From the NCBI GenBank assembly GCA_963753345.1, contig CAVWBU010000024.1:171483-235482 (forward strand): 64,000 bases of DNA, in the 5' to 3' direction. The position numbers and the translations under genes are program-made. Positions 34,639 through 42,788 of the stretch are shown here, in pieces (within the stretch, counting starts at the first letter, position 1; each line of letters starts with the position of its first letter). Below the pieces are notes generated by a model that was not told the DNA's origin, did no database searches, and saw only the letters and a program-made list of their open reading frames with translations. Source of the stretch: an uncultured Fibrobacterota bacterium. Its GTDB lineage: Bacteria > Fibrobacterota > Chitinivibrionia > Chitinivibrionales > FEN-1185.

Positions 34639-35629
34639 TCAACCGCATCGCCCCATAACCGCCATGCACGCATCAAACACCTGCGAAACCGGAATTGCAC
34701 TCATGCACGCCTTTCCGCACTCGCCGAGAGGAATGGAGGTTGACGGATGGCAATGGAAGCACGCTTCCTGCGGTGCGGAAACAACGGTGACGTTGTCGCC
34801 CCCGGGCCGCCACACGGCCGGATCGGACGGCCCAAACAGCACGACGCTGGGCGCGCCCGCGGCCGCGGCACAGATGGGAAATTCCGGAGTCGTTGCCCAC
34901 GTAGAAAACGCAGCGGGAAAAAATATGAACAAGCGCCGGCAGTGAAGCTTCCCGCACAACCCTGTCCTGGGCGCGGGCTGCAACCTTCCGTTCCGCTGGC
35001 CCCATGATCCACACGATGCGGACTTTTCTTTCGGCCAATTGTTCCGCTAAATCAAGATAGCGCTCCAAGGGCCAGTTCTTCCTCGCGCTGCCACTGCCGG
35101 GATGCAGTGCGACAAAGGTTCCGATTCCGTCAAGCAGCCGGTCCGATTCGCTTTTGAATTCTGGATGAGGGGCCAAAGCCGGGAGGTCGCGCGCGGCCCC
35201 GGTTCCCATGCCGAAAAGCGACAAATGGTAATCGCTGACATGAATGCACTGACGCGGAAACGGGTCCTGAAACAGGAGGCGGTGCATTCCGAATTGCCTG
35301 AACCGCGCGAGCACCGGGGAGTCGGGCGCGGTAAAAAGCAGGGCAGACCGGACAGCGGACAATTTGGCCTTTATTGACAAAGGAATTGCCGTCTCGCGTG
35401 CGTAAAGCCACGAAAACGCCGCGCTTTCGACATCCAAGACCTCGTCAAAAAGGCCGCAATGAACGCCCAGGATGCCGTAGGATGGTTTCCCGAGCAGAAC
35501 TCTTCTGCTTTGAGTGTCTTGCCTGTTCCATTCCCCCAGCGCAGGAAAGGTGGTGATAAAATCTCCCAGGCCGCCGGTGTGGTAGACAAGAGAGATAGTA
35601 GATGATTTTGGTTTGTTGATTTGAGGCAT
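34639..35629 (-). pseudogene. glycosyltransferase family 9 (heptosyltransferase-like), frameshifted
   Basis: Frame 1 reads LVYHTGGLGDFITTFPAL ... YVGNDSGISHL. Homology then continues in another frame as AAAAGAPSVVLFGPSDPAVWRP ... CFHC. The frame switch falls at about 34868-34876. Confidence 0.7.
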
Positions 35630-35668
35630 TGGGTGGAGAGTAAAATAAATTTGAAAAAGAAAAAGAGT

Positions 35669-35842
35669 TGCGCGTTCCCCTGCCTTCGGCAGGGTCGGTC
35701 CACCCCTTCGGGTGCTTCGAGGCGTCGTCCCTGTCGGGCTCGGCCTTCGTCCTCGTTGCCGCCCGTCCCTACCGCCTTCGGCGAGGGATCAGGCGGCAAT
35801 TCGCTTTAGCTCACCCTCCGGTCCACCTAACGCGCGGCAGAG
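35669..35842. repeat. GC-rich hairpin block, degenerate inverted relative of the 12641/37582 element
   Basis: It holds several UUCG-loop stems (CTGCCTTCGGCAGG, CACCCCTTCGGGTG, CGCCTTCGGCG). Its translation VHPFGCFEAS parallels SPPFGDAEAS from the reverse strand of copy A. The similarity is only partial. Confidence 0.4.
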
Positions 35843-35911
35843 GAATTCTTATAAGTCAAAATAATTTTCCTACGCCAATCAGCGTCAGCTGGAAAGCAAT
35901 TAATGCTTTTT

Positions 35912-35940
35912 TGAACTTCTCAACTCTCAACTTTTCAACT
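35912..35940. repeat. four tandem T(G/C)AACT units at 7-8 nt spacing
   Basis: TGAACT is at 35912 and TCAACT at 35920, 35927 and 35935. They lie within an AT-rich patch (35843-35945) between two GC-rich blocks. Confidence 0.7.
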
Positions 35941-36081
35941 TTCTTTCGTGGGTGCCGCCACAACAATGCATGGTCTTGCGACTGCTTTATCAAGGCGGCC
36001 ACCCAGGAGGGGGTAGCGGAGGACCGAAGGGCCGAAGCGAGGGGGATACTTCCCCCTATAAAAACTTCTTTTCTTATGCTA

Positions 36082-37074
36082 TCAAAAACACAACTTCGTA
36101 AAATATTCCTTCTCTTTGTCCAACGACACGTCAGGATATTTCCTCTCCAACTCCTGAACTCGTTTCAATTGCTCATTTCCAAACTTTTTTGCCGCCGCCC
36201 CGCCTTTCATCACCTCATGGCACATTGCGTTTCGTATCGGCTCATAGTCTTTGATAAACTTCTTTGATTCTTCATCCACGCACGCCTCAACGAATTTTTC
36301 CCACAAGTAATCGATTGCAATTTCATTCGGGTGCGCCATATCGCGTTCATAAAATCGGTAGTCGCGCAGCTCGTCCATCATTATTTCGTAGGCGGGAAAA
36401 TAGTACAGCCGGGGAAACATCTTTTCCAGCTCGTGCACCGCGCACGCGAGGATCGATTTGCTCACCAGATTTTCATGCGGATTGTCGCGAAGGTGGCGCA
36501 CCGGGCTCACGGTGAGGATGCAGTGGGCATCGGGGCGCAATGTGTAAACGCGATTGAACATACGGGCGTATTCGTCAACAATATCCTTTACAGACAATAG
36601 CTCCCTCGCAAACAGGCCCGGGGGCTGTTTGTGGCAGTTTGCAACGATGTTGCCGGTTATTGCATGCCGGTAGACAAACGCAGTGCCGAAGGTGAGCATG
36701 AGAACGTCGAGATTCTTGAATGCCGCGGCCCCGTCGGTGAGTGCCGCATTAATCGCCGCGAGGCATTCCCCGGGTGTGGCCGCCGAGAACGTCCCGTGAT
36801 GGTCCCAACTGTGCCACAGTCCGCCGCTTTCAAACAGGTCCGCCTCGGCGTATGGTTCCTGCAAGTCAAGTCTTCGAAGAAGAGCGGCGATGGATGCGGG
36901 ATTGAACAGCGAACCCGAGGGATTGACGCAGGCATCGAAGCGGAAGTCCCGGAGCCGCTGCCCCACGGTCTCGGCAAAGCACGACCCCGCGCAGAGAATG
37001 GCATGACGGCGCCCTATTGAGAATTGACTTCCGGGAACATCAACGACAGTCCTGAATCTGTCCGCCGTGCTCAT
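36082..37074 (-). CDS. GSCFA-domain protein
   Basis: The eponymous motif ILCAGSCFAETVG is near the N-terminus of the 330-aa product. Confidence 0.75.
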   Translation of the reverse strand: MSTADRFRTVVDVPGSQFSIGRRHAILCAGSCFAETVGQRLRDFRFDACVNPSGSLFNPASIAALLRRLDLQEPYAEADLFESGGLWHSWDHHGTFSAATPGECLAAINAALTDGAAAFKNLDVLMLTFGTAFVYRHAITGNIVANCHKQPPGLFARELLSVKDIVDEYARMFNRVYTLRPDAHCILTVSPVRHLRDNPHENLVSKSILACAVHELEKMFPRLYYFPAYEIMMDELRDYRFYERDMAHPNEIAIDYLWEKFVEACVDEESKKFIKDYEPIRNAMCHEVMKGGAAAKKFGNEQLKRVQELERKYPDVSLDKEKEYFTKLCF

Positions 37075-37553
37075 GGCGCCCCTTGCGCGGCCGCTCCCTG
37101 CACGGCGGAAAGCCGGGCGGCCACCGTCTCGTTCACCAGCTTGCCATCGGCCCTGCCCTTCACCTGCGGCATCACGATCTTCATCACCTTTCCCACGTCC
37201 TGTTTTCCCTGCGCGCCCGATTCGGTGATGGCCGCCGTCACGATCGTCTCGATTTCCACCTTGGAAAGCTGAGGGGGAAGGTACTTTGTAAAGAGACCGA
37301 TTTGGAACCGCTCGCGGTCGGCGAGGTCGGCACGGCCCGCGGCCCTGAACTGCTCCTCGGATTCGGTGCGCTGCTTGATGGCCTTGGCAACAACGCCTGC
37401 AACATTTCCGTCGGAAAGTTCCTTGCGCTCCATGAGTTCGAGGTTCTTGATCTCCGAGTGCAGCGTGCGCAGCGCCAGAAGTTTTTCCTTTTCCTGCGCC
37501 TTCATCGCGGCTTTGATGTCGGCAAGCAGCGTTTCGAGAATGGTTAATGCCAT
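37071..37553 (-). CDS. yqeY: GatB/YqeY-domain protein
   Basis: The 160-aa product starts MALTILETLLADIKAAMKAQEKEKLLALRTL and contains GKQDVGKVMKIVMPQVKGRADGKLV. Its stop overlaps the start of the downstream GSCFA gene by 4 nt. Confidence 0.8.
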   Translation of the reverse strand: MALTILETLLADIKAAMKAQEKEKLLALRTLHSEIKNLELMERKELSDGNVAGVVAKAIKQRTESEEQFRAAGRADLADRERFQIGLFTKYLPPQLSKVEIETIVTAAITESGAQGKQDVGKVMKIVMPQVKGRADGKLVNETVAARLSAVQGAAAQGAP

Positions 37554-37581
37554 GGCGTCTCCTTTTGCGGGTTTGTCGTTA

Positions 37582-37757
37582 CGGTGGAGCCCCGCCGACA
37601 GGAGTCGGCGGCACCAAAAATTTCCTTCGGCTCCGGGAGCCGAAGGCTACTTGTGCGACGCTTCGGCGTCCCCGAAGGGGGGCGACATCCCGAAGCAGAA
37701 GGCGCATTCATCCCCCGACAAAATCGAGGGCCCGCTTTGCGTGCGTAGTGGGTAAAA
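37582..37757. repeat. hairpin-dense intergenic repeat, copy B
   Basis: It is in the same orientation as copy A, with 121/122 identity over the first 122 nt. The 3' part differs by an insertion (gcattcat) and substitutions. It ends 28 nt from the yqeY ATG and overlaps the last ~16 codons of ykgJ. Confidence 0.85.
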
Positions 37758-38289
37758 TACGTTCGGGAAGGGCGCCGCTATGGACCTGCTCCATGGTGAA
37801 CCGTTTGGAGGCGAGCCGCGCGTCGCCCGCGGTTACGCAGAAGGCCATGTTGAGCCTCATGAGATTGCCGGTGACCGCTGCGGTGTCGAATACGTGGCCG
37901 GCCGGCAGCGATGCCGGCGCAACGTTCGTGAAATTGCGGCCGCAGCTCAAGTACGCGGTCGCCCCCCTGTCTGCGCGAAGCGCAGCGCCGTGCGTGCGGC
38001 AGATCACCGGCCTCGCCGGATAGGCCAGGCATTCCCCTTTGAAAAGCAACGCACAGCGGTCACCGGTTCTGCGCAAGGTGCGAATCTTTGTCCTTCGGCG
38101 GCGTACGGCAAGGAAGGCCGAAAGCGCATGCGCCTCGATCGCGCACACGCTGTGCAGCTCGCAGCATGCACTGCAGCCTTTTGTGCACCGGATCTCATTC
38201 CTATACAAACCGGAAACCGATTCGAAGAACGAGTCGCAGTACCGGCAGAGGGCGGCGTAATTGTCAAGAACTGCATGCATGCCGTTCAT
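37708..38289 (-). CDS. YkgJ-family cysteine-cluster protein (UPF0153)
   Basis: The CTKGCSACCE (CxxCxxCC) motif is present, with further Cys residues downstream. The C-terminal ~16 aa are encoded by the repeat element. Confidence 0.7.
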   Translation of the reverse strand: MNGMHAVLDNYAALCRYCDSFFESVSGLYRNEIRCTKGCSACCELHSVCAIEAHALSAFLAVRRRRTKIRTLRRTGDRCALLFKGECLAYPARPVICRTHGAALRADRGATAYLSCGRNFTNVAPASLPAGHVFDTAAVTGNLMRLNMAFCVTAGDARLASKRFTMEQVHSGALPERILPTTHAKRALDFVGG

Positions 38290-38344
38290 ACCGTTTCAGC
38301 GGGGCGCGCAGACGGCCGGCGCGGAAAGCAGGCTGTCGAGAAAG

Positions 38345-39088
38345 TCAACGGACTTGAAGCCGGAGGCCGTCTGGAAATGATACTGGCAGAACCGCGCAAA
38401 CAGCCCGAGTATCCTGCCGCGCCTCGACCGCGGAAATGCGGCGCGGTTCCGGCACGCATTCGCCGTCCAGCGGTTCGGACAACGTCGAAAGGACCGCGGC
38501 GGGAATGAACGCAGTGCCGCCCCGCGGCAGGCGCGCACACGCGTCGCACGCAAGAATGCCGCTTTCCAGAAGCAGGTGCGCGCCTGCCATTCCCGCAAGG
38601 GTTCTTCCGCACGTTCCGCAGGCGTCCACGTTGAGTCCGAAGCCCATAAGCCACGAGAAGTCGTGGAAGAACCGCCATGCCATGGCGGGAAAACACCGGC
38701 GGGGCGGCCTGCTTTCCAGACGCGAAAGAAAATCCGACAGATACGAAAAGACATCCGGATGAGGAGCGTCGGTCGACATGGTCTTGATGATCACCTCGAA
38801 CGCCATGTCGCGCACCGCGTTCTTGTGCAGGTCGGTGCGGATGCCGGGAAAGAAATCGAGCACCGAGATGCCCGAGAGCGTGTGCAGGTCCCGGTGCGGT
38901 CTTGAATACAGCAGAAGCTCCACGAGGAACCCCCGCTCCAGGCATGGAAGTCCGGTCTTTTTCCTGCGCACGCCTTTTGCAATGCCGTGAACCAGGCCGT
39001 GCCGTTCCGAGTACAGGTACAGGAGGCTGCTCGACTCGCGGTACGGGTTTGCCTTGAGGACAAAGGCCTTTGTCTTTTCGGCGGCCAT
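38345..39088 (-). CDS. recO: DNA repair protein RecO
   Basis: The N-terminal OB-fold pattern KAFVLKANPYRESSSLLYLYSERHGLVHGIAKGVRR is present. A C-terminal Cys cluster reads CGTCGR...CDAC. Confidence 0.8.
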   Translation of the reverse strand: MAAEKTKAFVLKANPYRESSSLLYLYSERHGLVHGIAKGVRRKKTGLPCLERGFLVELLLYSRPHRDLHTLSGISVLDFFPGIRTDLHKNAVRDMAFEVIIKTMSTDAPHPDVFSYLSDFLSRLESRPPRRCFPAMAWRFFHDFSWLMGFGLNVDACGTCGRTLAGMAGAHLLLESGILACDACARLPRGGTAFIPAAVLSTLSEPLDGECVPEPRRISAVEARQDTRAVCAVLPVSFPDGLRLQVR

Positions 39089-39216
39089 GGTTGCACTGCG
39101 CCCGGCGCGCCGGGCGTTCGTTTACAAACAGTTTTGGGTCGCGCGCGTCGTTGGCCGGCAGCCCGCCCGGCCAAGGAGCGCGCGGGTGCGGATAACGCCC
39201 CGCGCCTTGCGCACGG

Positions 39217-39522
39217 TTACTTCGTCTCCGGAATGAACTTGTACACCTTTTCGTCTTTCCGCGCCATGCCGAGCTTCTCCCGGGCGATTTTCTCCATGTA
39301 GGCGGTGTCGCTCTTGAGCCGGGCGTTCTGCGCGGCAAGCGAATCAAGCTCCGCCCGCTGGCGCACGAGCGCGCGTTCTTTTTTCCTCACGTCAACGAAA
39401 GACCGGTAGATCCGGCCCACGCCGGCCCTGCCCACAAACAAGGAAGCAACAAGCAGGCATGCCGCGAAAAGCACGATCCATCTGCCTATCTTCTTTGTGG
39501 GTATTCTTGGCCGGTGACTCAT
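39217..39522 (-). CDS. ftsB: septum formation initiator (FtsB/DivIC family)
   Basis: The 101-aa product has a single N-terminal TM, a coiled coil, and YMEKIAREKLGMARKDEKVYKF. Confidence 0.75.
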   Translation of the reverse strand: MSHRPRIPTKKIGRWIVLFAACLLVASLFVGRAGVGRIYRSFVDVRKKERALVRQRAELDSLAAQNARLKSDTAYMEKIAREKLGMARKDEKVYKFIPETK

Positions 39523-40650
39523 CTAGTCCGCCCGCACGTATTGCTGGCCCGCCACCTGGCGTATCACGCCCTTGAGCTCGAGGCTGAGCAGAATGTCGAA
39601 CAACTGCGAGACCGCACGTCCCGCTTTTTCGGCAATTGCATCGAGCCTGAGCGGCTCTGCCGACAGCACGCCCGCCACATTCTGTTCGTCGGGCGAAAGA
39701 AGCTCAAGCGGCATGGACGGCGCCGCTTCCCGGCCCGGCACCGCTGCACCGGTGACTCCCGGCATGGAAAGGTGCGTCATGTTGTCAAGGATATCGTCGC
39801 CGCTCCGCACGGGTATGGCCCCGCTTTTCAGGAGATTGAACGTGCCCGCGCTCGCGTTTGAAAAGATGGAGCCGGGGACCGCGAACACGTCGCGCCCCTG
39901 CTGGAGCGCGTAGCCCGCCGTGATGAGGCTGCCGCTTCTCTCCGGCGCCTCGACCACCAGTACGCCCGCCGACAGACCCGCGATGATCCTGTTGCGCCGC
40001 GGAAAATGATAGGCCTCGGGCAGCGACCCGAGATCGAATTCCGACACGAGAGCGCCCGATTCCGCGATGCGTTCCGAAAGCTCCCTGTTTGCGGCCGGGT
40101 ACACGGTGTCGAGCCCGCAGCCAAGCACCGCGATGGTGACGCCGCCGCAGTCGAGGCACGTTGTGTGCGCAACGGTGTCGATGCCGAGCGCAAGGCCGCT
40201 CACGACCGCCACCTTTTTCTCAACCAGCTTCTTTACAATATGGGCGGCGGCGTTCCTGCCGTACTGGCTCGCGCCGCGCGTTCCCACCACGGCGCAGGCA
40301 TGACCGGCAAAGCTGTCGAGCTTCCCCTTTACGAACAGGACTGGTGGCGGGGCGTAGATCTCGCGCAGCAGCGGAGGATAGGCGTCGTGGTCCCAGGTGA
40401 GCACCGTAATGCCGAGGGACTCGGCCCGCATAAGCTGCTCCTGCGCCGCGTCGAGAAGGGCGGGCGGGTCAATGGCGTCGCCGCCGGAAAACGCGGAAGC
40501 CGCCTGCACGAGCGAGGCCCGGCCCTCACGCTCAAATAATGAGGTCGCAGAGCCGTAGTGACCGATAAGCGCTTTGATGCGCACGGGGCCGAGGCCCTTC
40601 ACCGAATTGAGCGCAAGGAGCGCCGCGACCGTGCTTTTGTCCGGGTCCAT
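39523..40650 (-). CDS. dprA: DNA-processing protein DprA (Smf)
   Basis: Motifs are SGLALGIDTVAHTTCL, YPAANRELSERI, FPRRNRIIAGLS and VVEAPERSGSLITA. The C-terminus is winged-helix-like. Confidence 0.85.
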   Translation of the reverse strand: MDPDKSTVAALLALNSVKGLGPVRIKALIGHYGSATSLFEREGRASLVQAASAFSGGDAIDPPALLDAAQEQLMRAESLGITVLTWDHDAYPPLLREIYAPPPVLFVKGKLDSFAGHACAVVGTRGASQYGRNAAAHIVKKLVEKKVAVVSGLALGIDTVAHTTCLDCGGVTIAVLGCGLDTVYPAANRELSERIAESGALVSEFDLGSLPEAYHFPRRNRIIAGLSAGVLVVEAPERSGSLITAGYALQQGRDVFAVPGSIFSNASAGTFNLLKSGAIPVRSGDDILDNMTHLSMPGVTGAAVPGREAAPSMPLELLSPDEQNVAGVLSAEPLRLDAIAEKAGRAVSQLFDILLSLELKGVIRQVAGQQYVRAD

Positions 40651-40696
40651 AACCAGAAAATAATTCGGGGCTGTCCTGTTTACCGTGTGCGTTCAC

Positions 40697-40724
40697 TTGC
40701 CAAAAGGCCGGCCATCATTATATT
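40697..40724 (+). promoter_or_regulatory. sigma70-like promoter for the STAS gene cluster
   Basis: TTGCCA (40697-40702) is separated by 16 nt from TATATT (40719-40724), about 35 nt upstream of GTG 40759. Confidence 0.45.
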
Positions 40725-40758
40725 ATTAGGGTTCTCACCCACCGAAAGGAAACCTACC

Positions 40759-41616
40759 GTGAAATGCTACGAAGTGCGAAAATGCTCGAAAGAAGAACGC
40801 GAGGCGTGTTACGTCTGGAACAGCTTCCGTGACAATCCGCAGGACATCGAAAACGTCAAGTGCTGGGTGCTCAAAGGAGCCTACCAGGAAGAATCGGGCC
40901 AGCAGCTCAAGAAATGCAAACAATGCCCGTATTTTGCCGCCATGAACCGGGATGCCGGCATCGCCTCTGAAGGCGACGCCGACGTTGCGGTCATCACGTG
41001 CGAAGGCGCCATCAACACGGAGCGCACCAAGGCGCTGGAAAAAGTGTGGGAAACCCTGCGCCAGCAGAACCGCGTCAAGATTCTTCTCGACATGTCGCGG
41101 GTCAGCAACATCTATTCGTGCGGCCTGGGAGCCATCATCAAGATCCACAAGGAGGCCAGCGCCGCCAAGGGCCTGCTCGTGGTGGTGGTCAACGACGAGT
41201 ACATCATCAACCTGTTTACCGTCACCAAGCTTTCACGCCTTCTCCACATTGTCAAGAACAACCGCGACGCACGCGACGTTTTCGACGCCCTCAAGAAACG
41301 CGAACTGGAGGCGCAGAAGAAGGCGATGGAGACAACGGCGGCGGCTGCGGCAAAAGCGGGGGCCGACGCGAAGGCCGCGGCCGAGGCGGCGAAACCGCCC
41401 AAGCCCAAGGAGCGGCCCGCATGCTGGGTCTACTGGAAGGGCCACAATCCCAACAATGCGACCAAATGCGACGAGTGCTTCACTAAGATAAAACCCACCG
41501 GTCAGCCCTGCTGGATAGTTGACGGAATGATAGAAGGCATCTCGTTCCAGTACGTGGACCAGGACTGCGAGGCCTGCCGGTATTTCCAGGAATTCGCGGG
41601 CGCCGAGGAGCTGTAG
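40759..41616 (+). CDS. STAS-domain protein flanked by two Cys/Trp-rich modules
   Basis: The GTG start follows aAGGAAa. The N-terminus reads KCYEVRKC..ACYVW..KCWVLKG..CKQCPYF. The central STAS region is ITCEGAINTERTKALEKVWE..ILLDMSRVSNIYSCGLGAII. An Ala/Lys-rich linker follows. The C-terminus reads ACWVYWKG..CDEC..PCWIVDG..CEACRYF. Confidence 0.7.
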   Translation: MKCYEVRKCSKEEREACYVWNSFRDNPQDIENVKCWVLKGAYQEESGQQLKKCKQCPYFAAMNRDAGIASEGDADVAVITCEGAINTERTKALEKVWETLRQQNRVKILLDMSRVSNIYSCGLGAIIKIHKEASAAKGLLVVVVNDEYIINLFTVTKLSRLLHIVKNNRDARDVFDALKKRELEAQKKAMETTAAAAAKAGADAKAAAEAAKPPKPKERPACWVYWKGHNPNNATKCDECFTKIKPTGQPCWIVDGMIEGISFQYVDQDCEACRYFQEFAGAEEL

Positions 41617-41618
41617 CC

Positions 41619-41891
41619 ATGGCGCTTCTGGAATGTCCCGAATGCAAAGGCCAAGCGTCGTCCTCCGCGTGCCGCTGCCCGCACTGCGGGTTCCGCCTCA
41701 AGGGCCGGTGCGGCCCGCTGTGCCGGTGTGTTCCTGTTGTGCTCGCGTGCGCCCTTGCATGCGCGCTCCTCTTCATTTTCTGCTCCGTTGCCGTGAATAT
41801 CAACAGCAACAACGGCATGATCAATTTCAACTCGAACAAACGAGGAATCTTCCCGCGGCTCCGGATCAGGTGCGGGCGGCGTTGCAGGTAG
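41619..41891 (+). CDS. zinc-ribbon membrane protein (hypothetical)
   Basis: The gene starts 2 nt after the STAS stop. CPECKG...CPHCG is followed by one Cys-rich TM segment (VPVVLACALACALLFIFCSVAV). Confidence 0.5.
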   Translation: MALLECPECKGQASSSACRCPHCGFRLKGRCGPLCRCVPVVLACALACALLFIFCSVAVNINSNNGMINFNSNKRGIFPRLRIRCGRRCR

Positions 41892-42059
41892 GATCGTTTT
41901 TGCGCACCCTTGCACCTGTGAAGAATCCCCTTTTCACTTCGCTTGCCAACACTCCGCCAATCGGTATTATCATTCTTGACAAAACTTAATGGGGACCGTA
42001 TATTCTCATTTGAGGATTTTCTCGGAAGAGACAGCAGTGCAAAGTACAGGGGGGGCAAT

Positions 42060-42788
42060 ATGGCGGATGATGAAGAATTTATTGTACTCTACCAAAAACC
42101 ACTGGAAACAAAATCCCTCTCAGTATCTGTCCGTCCCAGCTTGCGGGCACGTTGCTTTTTCGCCGTGCTGCTGCTTTCCGCTTTTGGAATGTCGGCGGCC
42201 GCAGTTGTCCCGGTAAAAGTCATGGGGACTCAACAAACATCGCTTCTGGTTGTCCCAAATCCTTCAAGTCCATCAGCGATGCATGAAATGCCGGGAGAAT
42301 TTTATTTTTCGAACCAGCCGAATGCCCGTAACTGGGTGCGGGTGGACAATAGAGGAATCGTTATTTCCTTTATGGTTGGCCCCCAAAATTATTCTTTCAC
42401 GGAATCAAGTCTCAAGATTTATGATTCCTATGGTACTGCGGTGGCTACTGCCGGGGGTTCAATAGTTATTCCTGCCAGTTGGACTGCCGCTTCGAACACC
42501 TACGATTACGATGTCTATTGGAACGGCACAAAGACGAATGGGGAATTTGTTCATGAGGGAATTTACACGGCGGAATTGAAGTATACCTTGACAGGTTCAA
42601 CCGATCCTGTGGTACTGACTGGAGCATTTTACATGGAACAGCCGGGAGCAGCGGATACCCTCTACAGTAATGTAAAAAAGAATGTCTGTGGCACCGGCTA
42701 TGCTCTTGCACTAATTCCAGCCATAGGTATTAGGCTACGGCGTCCGCTCCTTGCGGCTTTCAGAAAGAAATCGGGGAGGCAATCATGA
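42060..42788 (+). CDS. membrane-anchored protein with an FlgD-Ig-like module
   Basis: ATG 42060 follows a G-rich RBS. There is an N-terminal TM (CFFAVLLLSAFGMSAAAVV), then YDYDVYWNGTKTNGEFVHEGIYTAELKY, then a C-terminal hydrophobic-plus-basic tail (GYALALIPAIGIRLRRP). Confidence 0.55.
   Translation: MADDEEFIVLYQKPLETKSLSVSVRPSLRARCFFAVLLLSAFGMSAAAVVPVKVMGTQQTSLLVVPNPSSPSAMHEMPGEFYFSNQPNARNWVRVDNRGIVISFMVGPQNYSFTESSLKIYDSYGTAVATAGGSIVIPASWTAASNTYDYDVYWNGTKTNGEFVHEGIYTAELKYTLTGSTDPVVLTGAFYMEQPGAADTLYSNVKKNVCGTGYALALIPAIGIRLRRPLLAAFRKKSGRQS

Noticed and set aside
26149-34672. Flanking direct repeats or an integrase that would define the R-M island as an integrative element.
   Set aside because: I compared the junction sequences (26149-26190 and 34538-34672) by eye and found no shared repeat of 8 nt or more. 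No recombinase-like ORF lies in or next to the island. The island call therefore rests on composition and gene content only.
35669-36060. A housekeeping ncRNA (SRP RNA, RNase P RNA, tmRNA or 6S) hidden in the GC-rich hairpin blocks.
   Set aside because: None of the signature strings was found (RNase P GAGGAAAGUCC, the SRP GGAAGCAGCC-type domain IV motif, the tmRNA 5' GGGG...tag region). A covariance-model scan would be needed to be definitive.
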